A model generated the notes under the pieces. The model saw only the letters and a list, made by a program, of their open reading frames with translations. It ran no database searches and was not told the DNA's origin. A DNA stretch of 64,000 nt from Chloropicon primus (taxonomy: Eukaryota). The stretch is from assembly GCA_023205875.1 (NCBI GenBank), contig CP060767.1, positions 186,001 through 250,000 on the forward strand, read 5' to 3'. Shown in pieces: positions 54,001 through 62,663 of this stretch. Position numbers and translations under genes: made by a program. The stretch's first letter is position 1. Each line of letters starts with the position of its first letter.

Positions 54001-57000
54001 TCGATCAAGCGTGAACGATCTTCTGGCGCACAGTCTCCAGAGGAATTTCCATCGAAGAGGTTCCCTACCCTTTCCGTAACGTTCAAGGCACATTCGATGA
54101 GCCTTGTGTTGATTCGCGCGCAAAAAGCGTTGAAGACGACAGTTTTCTCGTCCTTCTCGTCCTTCTTCTCGAACATGGCAAAGGACAGGGAGGAAGATAT
54201 CCAAGTTTTCTCGTTCAAGGTCCCCTTGAAGAGCTGCTTTCCCTTCTTTTCTGGGGTAACCTTCTCAAAGGAACTTGAAGCATTTTTGTAAAGGTCGCTG
54301 CTTTCGGGTGCGCGAACAGGCGAGTTTGGGATCTCCCTGATGAGCTCTTGCAGCGACAAGTTCAGCAGCGTGTACGTGGCGGGCCCCGTCTTCTGCTCGA
54401 GCTTTATGCTGCATATCGAAACAAAGCACTCGTCCTCTACAAGATTGGACTGGACGCCTGCTTTGAGTCCCTTGATGGCTAGCCTGAGATGGTCCCTCAG
54501 AGGCTTTGGTATTCCCTGGAAACCGTGCAGATCAACGAGAACCGAAGGGAGCCTGACCCTGACCTCAATCAAAGATCCCGAAGAGCCCTGAGACTCATCA
54601 ATCTCTGGGCTCACTTTATCATGACTCGAAAAGGACGAGAGTTTCTCCATGTTATGGGAGACAATGCCAAGCGATTCACGCAGGCTCAAAGACGAGACCT
54701 TAATCTTCAAATTGGAGAAGTCCACGTTCGCCTTGCACACGGCTTGAGTCTTGTCGTCGGGAAGCAGCAAAAGCTCAACCTCTGTCCACAGCGAGGTCGA
54801 CATCAGCTTGTCTTGGAAGTGCAACCTTCTGCTCTCTGGCTCATCCCTCGCTAATTCCACGTCGACCTCTGCGACAGTGCAGTTCAGTCTATGGTACATC
54901 ACATGCTCCTCTACCATTTCAGGGGCCGAGTCAATGTTGTTCTTCAAGGCATGAAGGGCCAAGCGAGCTTTGCTCGAACTCTCCAAGACGTCGTGCCTGG
55001 CGCTCGTGACAGATGCACCCCTTGCCCTGAACACCAAGGACTCATCAGACTCGCCGCGCACGATGAAGCAGACTTCCGACAAGATCAGCTGAAAGTTCAC
55101 GTAGGGGTACTGCATCAAATACTGAGCCTTCGCGTGAGATCTAGCGATGCGGGACTCCAACTGATTCGCGGAAAGGAGCCACGACAGGTGATACGTCTCG
55201 ATCGTCGGCACTTCAAAGGCCAAGAGCCTTTCGATTGCTTCGTCCGGGGGTATCGAGCAGACGAGCGGCCTCACTATGCAGGAGACTTTCAAGCTCAAGT
55301 GGCTTTCCTCTCCGACATTAAGGATCTCTACATTCAAATCCAAAAAGTCTTCGTCGCCGATGGTGTCCATTTGCCTCACTATCGTGGACTCTCCTGCCTT
55401 CAAGTACATCGCCCTTGCCCTCATGCTTGCCTTCGTGACATTGCTTTCCAGGACCTCCAGCCTGCACTGCGTGTCAGAGATTCCAACTTGCATCAATGGA
55501 TTCGCGCGATCGGAAACATCCATTTCCACCGTGCCGATCCCGAGCTGAAGCCTGCAAACGACTTCAGAATTCGAGAGCCCTTGAGACGTGTTCGACGCTC
55601 TCGGGGTTCGCGGCATCTGCTCCACGAGCTTGTCGTAGATCTCCTCAAGCTTGCTGAAATTGTTCTCCGTCGGGCTTGTGCTGTCCTTGTCCGAGGTCAT
55701 CCAGTTGCTCCAAAACGAGCTCAAGACAGAGTCTTGAACTGATTTGCTGTCCTGGCCATGAACTCGCGAGAGCCAGTCTGCCCCCATGGTATTCCCCACA
55801 TGGGACCGGAGCGCGAGGATGTTCTCGACATCTTCCTTCTCCTCAAATTCTTCGAGGAAGTTGACAAAGCCAACCTCGTGCCTCTTCTTCTGCCCCGAGG
55901 CCAACTGTATCAGTCTCTGCTTGTAGAGCTCTATGTACTTCCCGTAGCTGTAAGGGTACTTCAACCGAAGGTTCTTTAACCGCTTGGCTTTCGAGTGCCT
56001 CGAGTTGATCCCCTGGAGAACTCCCGCAAGGGCGTACTTCCAGCCCTGCTTTGCCCACTGGCTCCCTGCCGAGCTCCCTGCTGAAGCGGTCCTCTTTCCC
56101 CCGCTCGCAAGTGTCCTCCACCTCGCGGGACGGAACCTTCCGTACAAGCTTCTCAATTCCCAGATCTCCAGCTTGTCCACCACGACGATCAGGGCCCGAA
56201 GGAGCTCGTTGTCGATGTTCAGGTGCACGTGGTTCAACTGGCACCGAACATCGTAAAAGTCCGGATTGCTGCTTTCCTGGTCCCCGTGATACACGTTCAC
56301 GCTAATTGTGCAGCTCATGGGCTCCAGAATGTTTTGTTGCGCAGTCCCCGCGGCGTTACCACCCTCGGCTGATGTGCTGGCAAACATTCCAGACTTGCTT
56401 CTCTCCGTCGATTGTACCGAGCACGTGTAGATCGAAAGCTCGCTCAGGGTCACCACGGTGGTCGGGGAGCATTCGCTGAGTCTGCTGTCCTCCTGGATGC
56501 TCTCCAGGCGACTGAGCCTCAGGCCAAACACTTTGACGTCCTCCTCCTCCTCCTCCGTCAGATCCTCGGCCGGCAAATGCTCCGCAGAAGTGGGGTACGA
56601 GGAGGACCTCATCAGGTTCGCCGTGATGGCGTCAAGCTGCTCCAAGTCATCCTCCTTCGCCAGGTGGGAGCTATCTTGGTACTGAATGTGGACGTTCTCC
56701 ACGCAGATGACAAGCTTGGCCAGAAGAACCTTGCCGACCTTTGACAAGAGGCTGGTCGTCAGGGAACCAAAGTTGAAGCTCCCCGTAGACTTCTTGCCCC
56801 TGGCGCTTGGCTCCTCCTCAAATCCCTCGCCGAACCCATCCGCTCTCGCGCTTTCCCCGTCCCGGCTCTCTTGGAGCGCCCTCGCGAGCAGCTCTATCTC
56901 AAACTTTCCGAGCAAGGCCTGCTTCTGCGCCTCGGCCCTGGCCCTCGCCAGCTCGCCCTCCCACTCCCACTCGCTCCTCTCCCTGAACACGACCTCCACC

Positions 57001-57260
57001 CCGCTGACCTTGAGGACGATCTTGCCGTAGATCAGATTCATCCAGGGTATCTGAAGCTGCAGCTGCTCAATCTCCCCGCTCTCGATGGCCACGGGAAGCT
57101 TCAGCCCAGGGATGCGCTCCACCGCCCTGCACCTCAAGCTCACGTTCGACATGCTCACCCCGCTCCGAAGGCTGAACCGAAAGTTCTCCCTGACGTCCAC
57201 GAACTGCCCTATTGCGGATGTCAGCATGTCTTGCAACCAACGCTGCGCCCAGCCCAACAT
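48006..57260 (-). CDS. VPS13: VPS13-family bridge-like lipid transfer protein (~3080 aa, single exon)
   Basis: Chorein-N (LPVAIESGEIEQLQLQIPW, ICVENVHIQYQD), DFYNYDKVAWEPVVEEW, PYWLQNQTG, VAB repeats (IRPRFILTN, APYRIDNFT, YTWDEP, ADGPTRVLSISD), ILGSANVLGDPLGLV, an ATG2_C-like region and a PH-like end. First ATG at 57260. Confidence 0.93.
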   Translation of the reverse strand: MLGWAQRWLQDMLTSAIGQFVDVRENFRFSLRSGVSMSNVSLRCRAVERIPGLKLPVAIESGEIEQLQLQIPWMNLIYGKIVLKVSGVEVVFRERSEWEWEGELARARAEAQKQALLGKFEIELLARALQESRDGESARADGFGEGFEEEPSARGKKSTGSFNFGSLTTSLLSKVGKVLLAKLVICVENVHIQYQDSSHLAKEDDLEQLDAITANLMRSSSYPTSAEHLPAEDLTEEEEEDVKVFGLRLSRLESIQEDSRLSECSPTTVVTLSELSIYTCSVQSTERSKSGMFASTSAEGGNAAGTAQQNILEPMSCTISVNVYHGDQESSNPDFYDVRCQLNHVHLNIDNELLRALIVVVDKLEIWELRSLYGRFRPARWRTLASGGKRTASAGSSAGSQWAKQGWKYALAGVLQGINSRHSKAKRLKNLRLKYPYSYGKYIELYKQRLIQLASGQKKRHEVGFVNFLEEFEEKEDVENILALRSHVGNTMGADWLSRVHGQDSKSVQDSVLSSFWSNWMTSDKDSTSPTENNFSKLEEIYDKLVEQMPRTPRASNTSQGLSNSEVVCRLQLGIGTVEMDVSDRANPLMQVGISDTQCRLEVLESNVTKASMRARAMYLKAGESTIVRQMDTIGDEDFLDLNVEILNVGEESHLSLKVSCIVRPLVCSIPPDEAIERLLAFEVPTIETYHLSWLLSANQLESRIARSHAKAQYLMQYPYVNFQLILSEVCFIVRGESDESLVFRARGASVTSARHDVLESSSKARLALHALKNNIDSAPEMVEEHVMYHRLNCTVAEVDVELARDEPESRRLHFQDKLMSTSLWTEVELLLLPDDKTQAVCKANVDFSNLKIKVSSLSLRESLGIVSHNMEKLSSFSSHDKVSPEIDESQGSSGSLIEVRVRLPSVLVDLHGFQGIPKPLRDHLRLAIKGLKAGVQSNLVEDECFVSICSIKLEQKTGPATYTLLNLSLQELIREIPNSPVRAPESSDLYKNASSSFEKVTPEKKGKQLFKGTLNEKTWISSSLSFAMFEKKDEKDEKTVVFNAFCARINTRLIECALNVTERVGNLFDGNSSGDCAPEDRSRLIEAQRGPSSAIAKPGKKVTIHVTVTNYKLETDVVGGEELCLITIPKMNLTMLTIADQLKSVEMLEEALSVSLRSSKGNHLLVEKFDVSTKLTFHQQPADGAGRGASTALDLWINVPQLEISLHEEDTKTLYCLFDTFSFLDDHHGRGEGKPPQQSTGSAFPSVINVALEIKFLQCEIFGRQKELGSIVGLSEELYVQVNLADSAISSFECGWRFLGLFMSTRDKSCIPSRILLASLQPKQHGNEIPIIETNAHSGNPETMELLVKNVQVNINAFCWDKFFLLIDQIETGGLKEVDASGEEQGPAAPKSGRTQGYKCFAEDLEISINFEDYYEVKSPPVLIRTKLEFALVNEFNKRRVDLEVNHLLLDVPLKGLEEDENGELSSFKTFAFFDDLSLTLSLSEKSVDGFVDLGSLSLWVSHQNLSFLNMALSSFKDKSAEDSGEAKEKDSSSEVSIDIAFTSKKFAALFSDDRFQRDSPIAEIAVYDIRTKYAADPSSLTECSVNFKTVVDFYNYDKVAWEPVVEEWPLQIYYQSSDRSNSRRKVTPSHKLMVQSKSQWNINVSEYTIETANILRQMLESLKMVSGTEVCTPRITSAKFTPYWLQNQTGLNVGYCFTDGSSSSADLSELRNKEEGQAPDENLVPLYIRKSSGRGGRHVSYKHMSKKIAARRSLVVSQNNDQRWVSGRRPVIHFKIRGSTWSESVAMNTYAKHRISLENVEGMNHKKVDVLCDVQRRANGGRLIVLHSCISITNSCGFCIQVGSCSPLALEPNCIRTLVPGESFWVPLQISLTGSVCLRMILDSDEHTAWSQRMNLDQFVRGKNKEKIFLGNCIRGSKGAVLSFIIFTDRDGSHFKLRVEPPVKVRNWLPVPLDSVLYRGDKQLLKSNIDPDSSLNIHNVRNSNELSLFLRPRGYNWGESIGIPFSCRKEDLDRGGASPAVRESSVVLQGSDGDDGAKIALEVKYVGNAPMILQISCPLRIYNHTGLNLGVRDRGQESSFQQVLPYGGESDVPDLVGLGSMVSGKLESEPVGLGLFATFVDDEDGGDKQKFGSDLLAYEKSPRSEKQQACGQQWPTMFGLKSYRNNVRLQLRVKPDPRVETVMTSKIFNVDVLGEPTVVEVGTSEGQQSSRRPKAYFFTVSTEISTFGGSSIGVHIRPRFILTNKLDKEIMYRQEGTKIKHTLKAGGSQAIHADVASETPKLCVKLEDNAVWSGYFHLDKPGGIQMKMTGSGQEESMMLQVDVRELSFETWTISISEYQAGFAPYRIDNFTSDILSYFQQNCEPAEGMLKPYSSAVYTWDEPYMSHKLVIKLPGYGNLGSFALDKVGSVHVVSVPVHTGAHLNRNVSRNLQIATKADGPTRVLSISDLSIHMPRRDTSRLPLSNKLMRMTKMDKKTTKEDVPPAQEDSVYFLDIQVSHLGLSVIGKSSEILYLSMLDLQLKFEGGEERDVVTFKTRRIQIDNMLPNAALPVLLSIPAPLYQQDTISSASDGILFKLSYWHANVANIMCVESAVVKVPPILLDMDGSIFLRLHHFSEVLSWVEETSSLTRVSSASSMNGKEEESPGYRLHFECIKISPIHITVSLSTAGLTSGETFTLSENPKGVNAQLLYALTFAEFEGVKVLLSGFELNHAFIDKGTLQWLLGKHYIKALLKEAVKILGSANVLGDPLGLVQHLGTGMWDFLSKPAVGLLQSALTLGVGQFTAGLSAGSWSLLSHTVYALSNAAWKISKTAHRNVNVVKTRCDMIINSSLPLHKHIDKESNPSMIGAVSRGIGGLIAAPIHGMEQNGLKGLVEGTTFGVLGAIASPTVTLLEFAQHTSKVLRDVAKSGILKASRMRPPRKVSEDLPLSSYMLNEALGNLLLATVSNGRFKREEQMFSCLLDNACCILVTTKHVMSVRTTASYDFTVEWLYSLGDIIEQTREGSKVTLTVLLPLQHISSVNDNLNLEPSFGLPICQKQVDFPTQSDAEVFEDCLACNEPEISSPSKVPLLTMTSASEERNAL

Positions 57261-57704
57261 CTCTTTCGTTCCCCTCCACGAAGCTCGGCCACAGAAACTC
57301 GAAGTCACACCAGAGGTCCTGGGGTGTTTTCCACCTCAAGAGAACTTTCCAAACTCCTCTCCCTCTTCCCCTCTCAAGGGAACAAAGAAACTATCGAATT
57401 GCAGCCACGATCCATCGAGACGCTGCCCTCTCGTGCCCTCCTCCCACGCTGCCCTCCACATGCCTCCCTCCTCCCTCGTCGTGCGCACACGGGGGCACAC
57501 CACCAACCGCCGTCCGCGACCGCGAAGCGACGAATGCTGGACGCCAAGCCCGTTGAGTGAGGCTGACGATCGATCGATCGCGAGGTCTGGACCCTCTAGC
57601 GGACCACAAACACCTTCGCCGCCGTCCCACCTCCCTCGACCCAAGTCCTCTGCTAACGCTTCCGAGGCCCTGCGAGAGACGCCGCTCCAGAGAAATCGAT
57701 CACC

Positions 57705-57950
57705 CCTGAGGCCAAACAGGTCAACCGAGGGGTCAACGCAAAGATCGTGAGGCGTTCTTTCGATCTACGCAACCCACCGTCACGTCTTGACCTCGAAGCT
57801 TGCTGTGCTGTGCCTTCGAACGCAAGCCAGGCGCCAGGAACCACACCGCAGTGCCGCTTTACAAAGTTTCTCACCGACGGCGAACCCTAGAGCCAAATCC
57901 TTCAACCGAGGGATCAACACAAAGCTCGTGAGATGCTCTTTCGAATGAGA
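57705..57950. repeat. Degenerate duplication with a 181-bp period in the VPS13/filamin-repeat divergent region
   Basis: TCAACCGAGGG(G/A)TCAAC(G/A)CAAAG(A/C)TCGTGAG..CTTTCGA occurs at 57721 and 57902. Confidence 0.85.
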
Positions 57951-58766
57951 CCCTACTTTCTCCACGACTGCCTTCCCCTCGTCGCTTGTCTTCGATCGAA
58001 GCCGCGCCAACGCTCGCGCTCCAAGGTTGGCTCCTGGTCCACCACTCAATTTTCCCCCTCAATCTCGGTACACCCAAGATTAGACTAATTCGTTAAATCC
58101 TCGGAACTCGTTGACTGAGGGTGGGTTGGACATTGGCAAAGGCAGGTGAGTTTGGAGCGATGGGGACGACGAGGACGACGATACACGCGATGGAGAGTGA
58201 TTTTTGTCGAAGAATTGTGGTTTTCTCTTTCAAATGAGCCCTCGCTTGCGAAGAATGGCGTACTTTTGCGGAAGGGAGAGCTAAATGTTTTGTGTTGATG
58301 CCTTTTTTTTTGCTCTGTGCTTGCCAGGCAGGTTAGTTGTGGACCAGGGAGAGCGGGGAGGGGGGCGTCAAGGGAAGCGTGGTGGGATTGACTTCGAGAT
58401 TGCTGTGCCTTTCGAAAGACCTCTGACTCGAGAGGAGTGGCTCAGGGACAAGGGAAGAAGAAATATTAGTACTAGTACTGGAAGTACTGACAAACTCAGT
58501 CTGGGTCTGTGGTCTCGTTTTGGTTCTCGAAGAAGAAGAGGAGTTTGGGTTGAGGGGGAGCGCGAGACCTCCGTCTGCTTCTCTTTCGATTGACACCACC
58601 CTCGAGTTGCCCACCTTGGGAGCCGTGTGTTGTGTGTGTGTGTGTGAGAGAGAGCCTGTGAGGAGGCCAGCAGGATAGAGCGAACAGCAGGTTGGAGGAG
58701 TTATGTTGTTCGAGCACTAGGTTGCCGGCAACGGGTGGTTCAGGCTTCGGAACAAGTGCAGAGAGC

Positions 58767-61700
58767 ATGGACAAGCTCATGAGTGTGATCCAGGAGGCGA
58801 ACTCCAGCCAACGAAATGCGGGCAACACGCAACTGGACTCGACTCCGAGTACGTCTTCGACGTCCTTGGTGCACCACCACCACGGCGTCGTCGGAGGAGG
58901 GCGAGACCTCCTGGAGGACGAGGAGCGGCAGCCGTTCTACGTCGGCATGCGTGGGGTGGACAGAAAGTACTCGATATGCAAAGAAGTGAGGGAAAGGAGC
59001 GAGAACGACAAGTTTTTGAGGAACTTCAACCCCGCTATCACGGACAAGCCGCAGATCCGGGTCGACGACTACTTTGTGGACAGCATCAGGGAGATTGCTG
59101 TTGGCATACCGGCTTACATGAGGATGTGGATCCTGAACGTGGAGGACCTGAGGAAGAAGCTGACTTGGGAGGATTTTGACTTGCACTTCCTTTCCGGCGT
59201 GAGCAGGCCAAAGTTCACGCTGAGGCAAGTCAACGACGATCTGTTTGTGATCGAGGTCGTTGCGCATCTGCAGGGGGCGTGCGCATTCGCTGTCAAGTGC
59301 TGTGGGATCACTCTGAAAGACAGCCCGTTTCACATCCACGCGGTGAACCCGGTCTGGAGTCCCACCAACTCGTTCGCCATCGCCCCTTCGCAGACGTTCT
59401 GCGGCGACGTGGTTCGCGTGGACATCACCTGCAAGGACCAGTTCGGTTACCTCTTCCCGGGTGCGAGCGAGACCCTCGACATCTCGCTGTCTGGCCCGGC
59501 GGTGATTGACAAGATGAAAGTGAAGGACAACAAGGACGGCAGCCACGTGCTGTTCTTCAAGGCCACGAAGATCGGGAGGTACAAGATCGAGATCAGCGCG
59601 TTCAACGACAACCTCCGGGGCTCGCCTTACGAGATCTTGGTGCTGCCGACCAAGCCAGACCCGAACCAGACCAAGATGGAGGGGGAGGGGTGCAAGAAGG
59701 CCGTGGCTGGGTGCGTGCACGAGTTCGTGATGGAGCCGAGGGACAAGTACGGCAACTCGAGGCTCGTTCTCACCAGCGGAGAGAAGTGGTGCGCCGAGCT
59801 GATCGAGAAGAACAGCGGGGAGAAGGTGAAGATCAACATGAAGCCCATCAGATCGGGCAAGAAGGTCCTCTTCCGCTGCGATTACAGGGCCTTCAAGTCC
59901 GGGAAGTACGAGATGACCCTATCCGTGACCGAGGAGGACGGGGTCGTCCTCTCGGCCGTGATGCCGAACAGCATCGTCGTGCTCCCGGGGATCACCAGCG
60001 GCCACAAGTCCATACTGAACGTTACGACCACCAACGGGTACTGGACGCTCAGCAACGATAAGAAGAAGGTCTGGCTGCTCAAGGCGGGCTCCAACCTGGA
60101 TCTCAACGTCCAGTCGTGCGACAAGTTTGGCAACTACAAGTACAAGGATATCTCCCAGCTCGTGTGCGAGGCTGAGTACGTGGGCGACGACGCCGAGAAG
60201 GCCTCGAACGCCCCGAACCTCGAGATCAAGGTCAAGAACAACAGGGACGGCACGTTCAGCGGGAGCTTGCGGGGGACCAAGGCCGGGAAGTACCTGTGCC
60301 ACGTGAAGCTGGGCGGGGAGGAGGTGGACTATTCCCCCTTTTACTTCACGCTGATGCCCGCTTTTCTCCACGTCCCGTCTTGCTGTGCTCTGGACATGAT
60401 GAAGAACGTGATCAAGGGCGGCATCACGGGTCTGGTGGGGGAGGACAACATGGTCATGGTGCAGGGAAGGGACATGTACGGCAACGACGTCGACATCGGC
60501 GGCCACGACTTTTGCGCGATCCTTCAGTTCAAACCGAATGCTCAAACGGCCGGCAAGGTCTCCACCAAGCCGATAAGCTTCATGAGCAAGGACAACAAGG
60601 ATGGGACCTACTCGATCAAGTACAAGACCAACGTCAGCGGCGATTATTCCATGAGCATCGTGTCGTTCGCGAAGCACATCATGCACAGCCCGATTCCCCT
60701 GTGCATGAAGGGGCAGAGGGACATCGCGTCCGTGATCATCGACAAGGAGAGCAACATCAGGGCGGTCGCGGGGCAGCGAGCCATGCTCAGGATCATTGCC
60801 CTGGACACTTTCGACAACAGGCAGCTTTCCGGCGGGATGACCATGTACCCCGAGATCACCTTGAGGTCCAAGACGAACAGGATCATCATCAAGGACCCCT
60901 TGAGGGAGAAGGAGCGGAGGAAGCCCCTCAAGACCGAGGTGGTGGACAACAACGACGGGTCGTACGACATCTTCTACTCGTCCGAGTTCATCGGGGAGTA
61001 CAACGTCGTCATAAAGTACTCTGACGAGAACAAGAAGAACAAGGAGTCTGCGCCCCAGCAGGTCAAGGTCAAGAACGGGTCTTTCCTGAGGGTCCAAATC
61101 GTCGCCGCCGAAGTCGACCGGGCGTCATGCACGATAACCGACCACGACTTCACGGCCGAGGCCGGGATCAAGCACCACTTCACCATCGTAACGGCAGACA
61201 AGTTCCAGAACAGGCTGGACCACGGGGGCGTCCAGATCGAGGCTCAGGCTTGGAAGGAGTACCTCCCGGAAGGCTCGGACGACGTGCTCCTGAACTTTGA
61301 CGTCCAGGACAACGACGACGGCTCGTACCACATCCAGTACACGGGGTACATCTCGGGCACGTACGTGTCGGAGATCTCCATCAACGGCGTCAAGGTGGAC
61401 GCCCTTTCGCAGAAGCTGACCATTCTTCCCGGCCTCACGGACCCGTCGGCGTGCATCTTTGAGGGCAAGGGCATCGAGAGGGCCAAGTGCGGGGAGCATG
61501 CCACGTTCTCCATCGTCACCAAGGACAAGTTCGGGAACATTCCGGACCACGTCAACGAGAAGTTCCAAGTCTTCCTCCAGCCCCACTCCCACGGCAAGCA
61601 GGTCAAGGGGCACGACTCGAACAGCACGACGAGGGTGCGGGCCAAGTCCGTCTACAGCGAGAGCGGGGAGTACAAGATCACCTACCTGCCGAGGAAAGCT

Positions 61701-62525
61701 TGCTTGCACCAGCTTTTCGTCTTCTACAACCCCATCAAGAAGCGTCCTGGCTGGTCCCTCGTCCGCCAATCGTACGTGACGGACGAGTGGTCCTCCTCCT
61801 TGATCTTCAAGTGCACCGTGGACATCTGCGCGGGCAAGGCTTCGGCCAAGAACACGTCGGCCAAGGGGAACGGCTTGGGCGGGACGCTGGCCGGCAGACC
61901 CGGAGTCGTGACCGTGAACGTCAGGGACATGTTTGGCCACCCCCAGCTCCCCGAGGAGGACCAGGAGCTCAAGGCCGAGCTCATCGACAAGGACGGATGC
62001 TCTGTGGGCACGACGACTGTGTCCCAGAGGGAGGGTTCCGCGAACGAGTTCATCGTCATCTACAGGTACGAGGGCGAGGGGGACCACAAGCTGCACATCA
62101 CGCTGGACAAGGAGCACATCGTGAGGAGCCCCTTTCCCGTCACGATCCAGTCCAACGACATCAAGGTCGAGGAGCTCAGGGTGCACAACAACGACCTGAT
62201 TTGGGACTCCGACATTGCGCTGATGTGGGAGCAGAAGCACAACGTGATCAATGTGGACGCCATCCCCGCGGGGAGCGCCAAGGCCGCCGCCGGGTACTTG
62301 CAGAAGGCCGGGAGGACCCAGGTCGTTTCCTTGGGGGAGAGCATCACGTTGGCCCAGATCGAGAGCGAGCAGAGGTACGGGCACTACATCACCCGCAAGA
62401 AGGCGATGTCTCTCCATTCGAGGATCGCCAACTTGAACCAGTTTTACAGCCCGAGCATGCGCATCCGGAGGCCGGTGAGCCAGCAGCAAGAGAAAGAGAG
62501 GAGGAGCGGCGCTGCCGGGGAGTAG
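58767..62525 (+). CDS. Filamin/ABP280-type Ig-repeat protein (~10 repeats, no actin-binding or TM domain seen)
   Basis: Repeated D(K/Q)(F/Y)GN..., V.DN.DG(S/T)Y...Y....G.Y...I/V and (G/H/R)SP(F/Y) motifs through the ORF. First ATG at 58767; an upstream exon is not excluded. Confidence 0.85.
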   Translation: MDKLMSVIQEANSSQRNAGNTQLDSTPSTSSTSLVHHHHGVVGGGRDLLEDEERQPFYVGMRGVDRKYSICKEVRERSENDKFLRNFNPAITDKPQIRVDDYFVDSIREIAVGIPAYMRMWILNVEDLRKKLTWEDFDLHFLSGVSRPKFTLRQVNDDLFVIEVVAHLQGACAFAVKCCGITLKDSPFHIHAVNPVWSPTNSFAIAPSQTFCGDVVRVDITCKDQFGYLFPGASETLDISLSGPAVIDKMKVKDNKDGSHVLFFKATKIGRYKIEISAFNDNLRGSPYEILVLPTKPDPNQTKMEGEGCKKAVAGCVHEFVMEPRDKYGNSRLVLTSGEKWCAELIEKNSGEKVKINMKPIRSGKKVLFRCDYRAFKSGKYEMTLSVTEEDGVVLSAVMPNSIVVLPGITSGHKSILNVTTTNGYWTLSNDKKKVWLLKAGSNLDLNVQSCDKFGNYKYKDISQLVCEAEYVGDDAEKASNAPNLEIKVKNNRDGTFSGSLRGTKAGKYLCHVKLGGEEVDYSPFYFTLMPAFLHVPSCCALDMMKNVIKGGITGLVGEDNMVMVQGRDMYGNDVDIGGHDFCAILQFKPNAQTAGKVSTKPISFMSKDNKDGTYSIKYKTNVSGDYSMSIVSFAKHIMHSPIPLCMKGQRDIASVIIDKESNIRAVAGQRAMLRIIALDTFDNRQLSGGMTMYPEITLRSKTNRIIIKDPLREKERRKPLKTEVVDNNDGSYDIFYSSEFIGEYNVVIKYSDENKKNKESAPQQVKVKNGSFLRVQIVAAEVDRASCTITDHDFTAEAGIKHHFTIVTADKFQNRLDHGGVQIEAQAWKEYLPEGSDDVLLNFDVQDNDDGSYHIQYTGYISGTYVSEISINGVKVDALSQKLTILPGLTDPSACIFEGKGIERAKCGEHATFSIVTKDKFGNIPDHVNEKFQVFLQPHSHGKQVKGHDSNSTTRVRAKSVYSESGEYKITYLPRKACLHQLFVFYNPIKKRPGWSLVRQSYVTDEWSSSLIFKCTVDICAGKASAKNTSAKGNGLGGTLAGRPGVVTVNVRDMFGHPQLPEEDQELKAELIDKDGCSVGTTTVSQREGSANEFIVIYRYEGEGDHKLHITLDKEHIVRSPFPVTIQSNDIKVEELRVHNNDLIWDSDIALMWEQKHNVINVDAIPAGSAKAAAGYLQKAGRTQVVSLGESITLAQIESEQRYGHYITRKKAMSLHSRIANLNQFYSPSMRIRRPVSQQQEKERRSGAAGE

Positions 62526-62663
62526 CAGCAGCAGCAGTAGGGTGGCGGTGAGGGGTGGATGGATCATGGCAAGATTTGATCATTTTTGTAACATATATCA
62601 TATATCATATATCATATAGTAGTATTTACTCAAAGACAAAGACTTGTCGTTGCTGCTGCTGTT

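Noticed and set aside
58767..62525. GEX2/FUS1 gamete-adhesion orthologue
   Set aside because: No signal peptide or transmembrane segment is present in the visible ORF.
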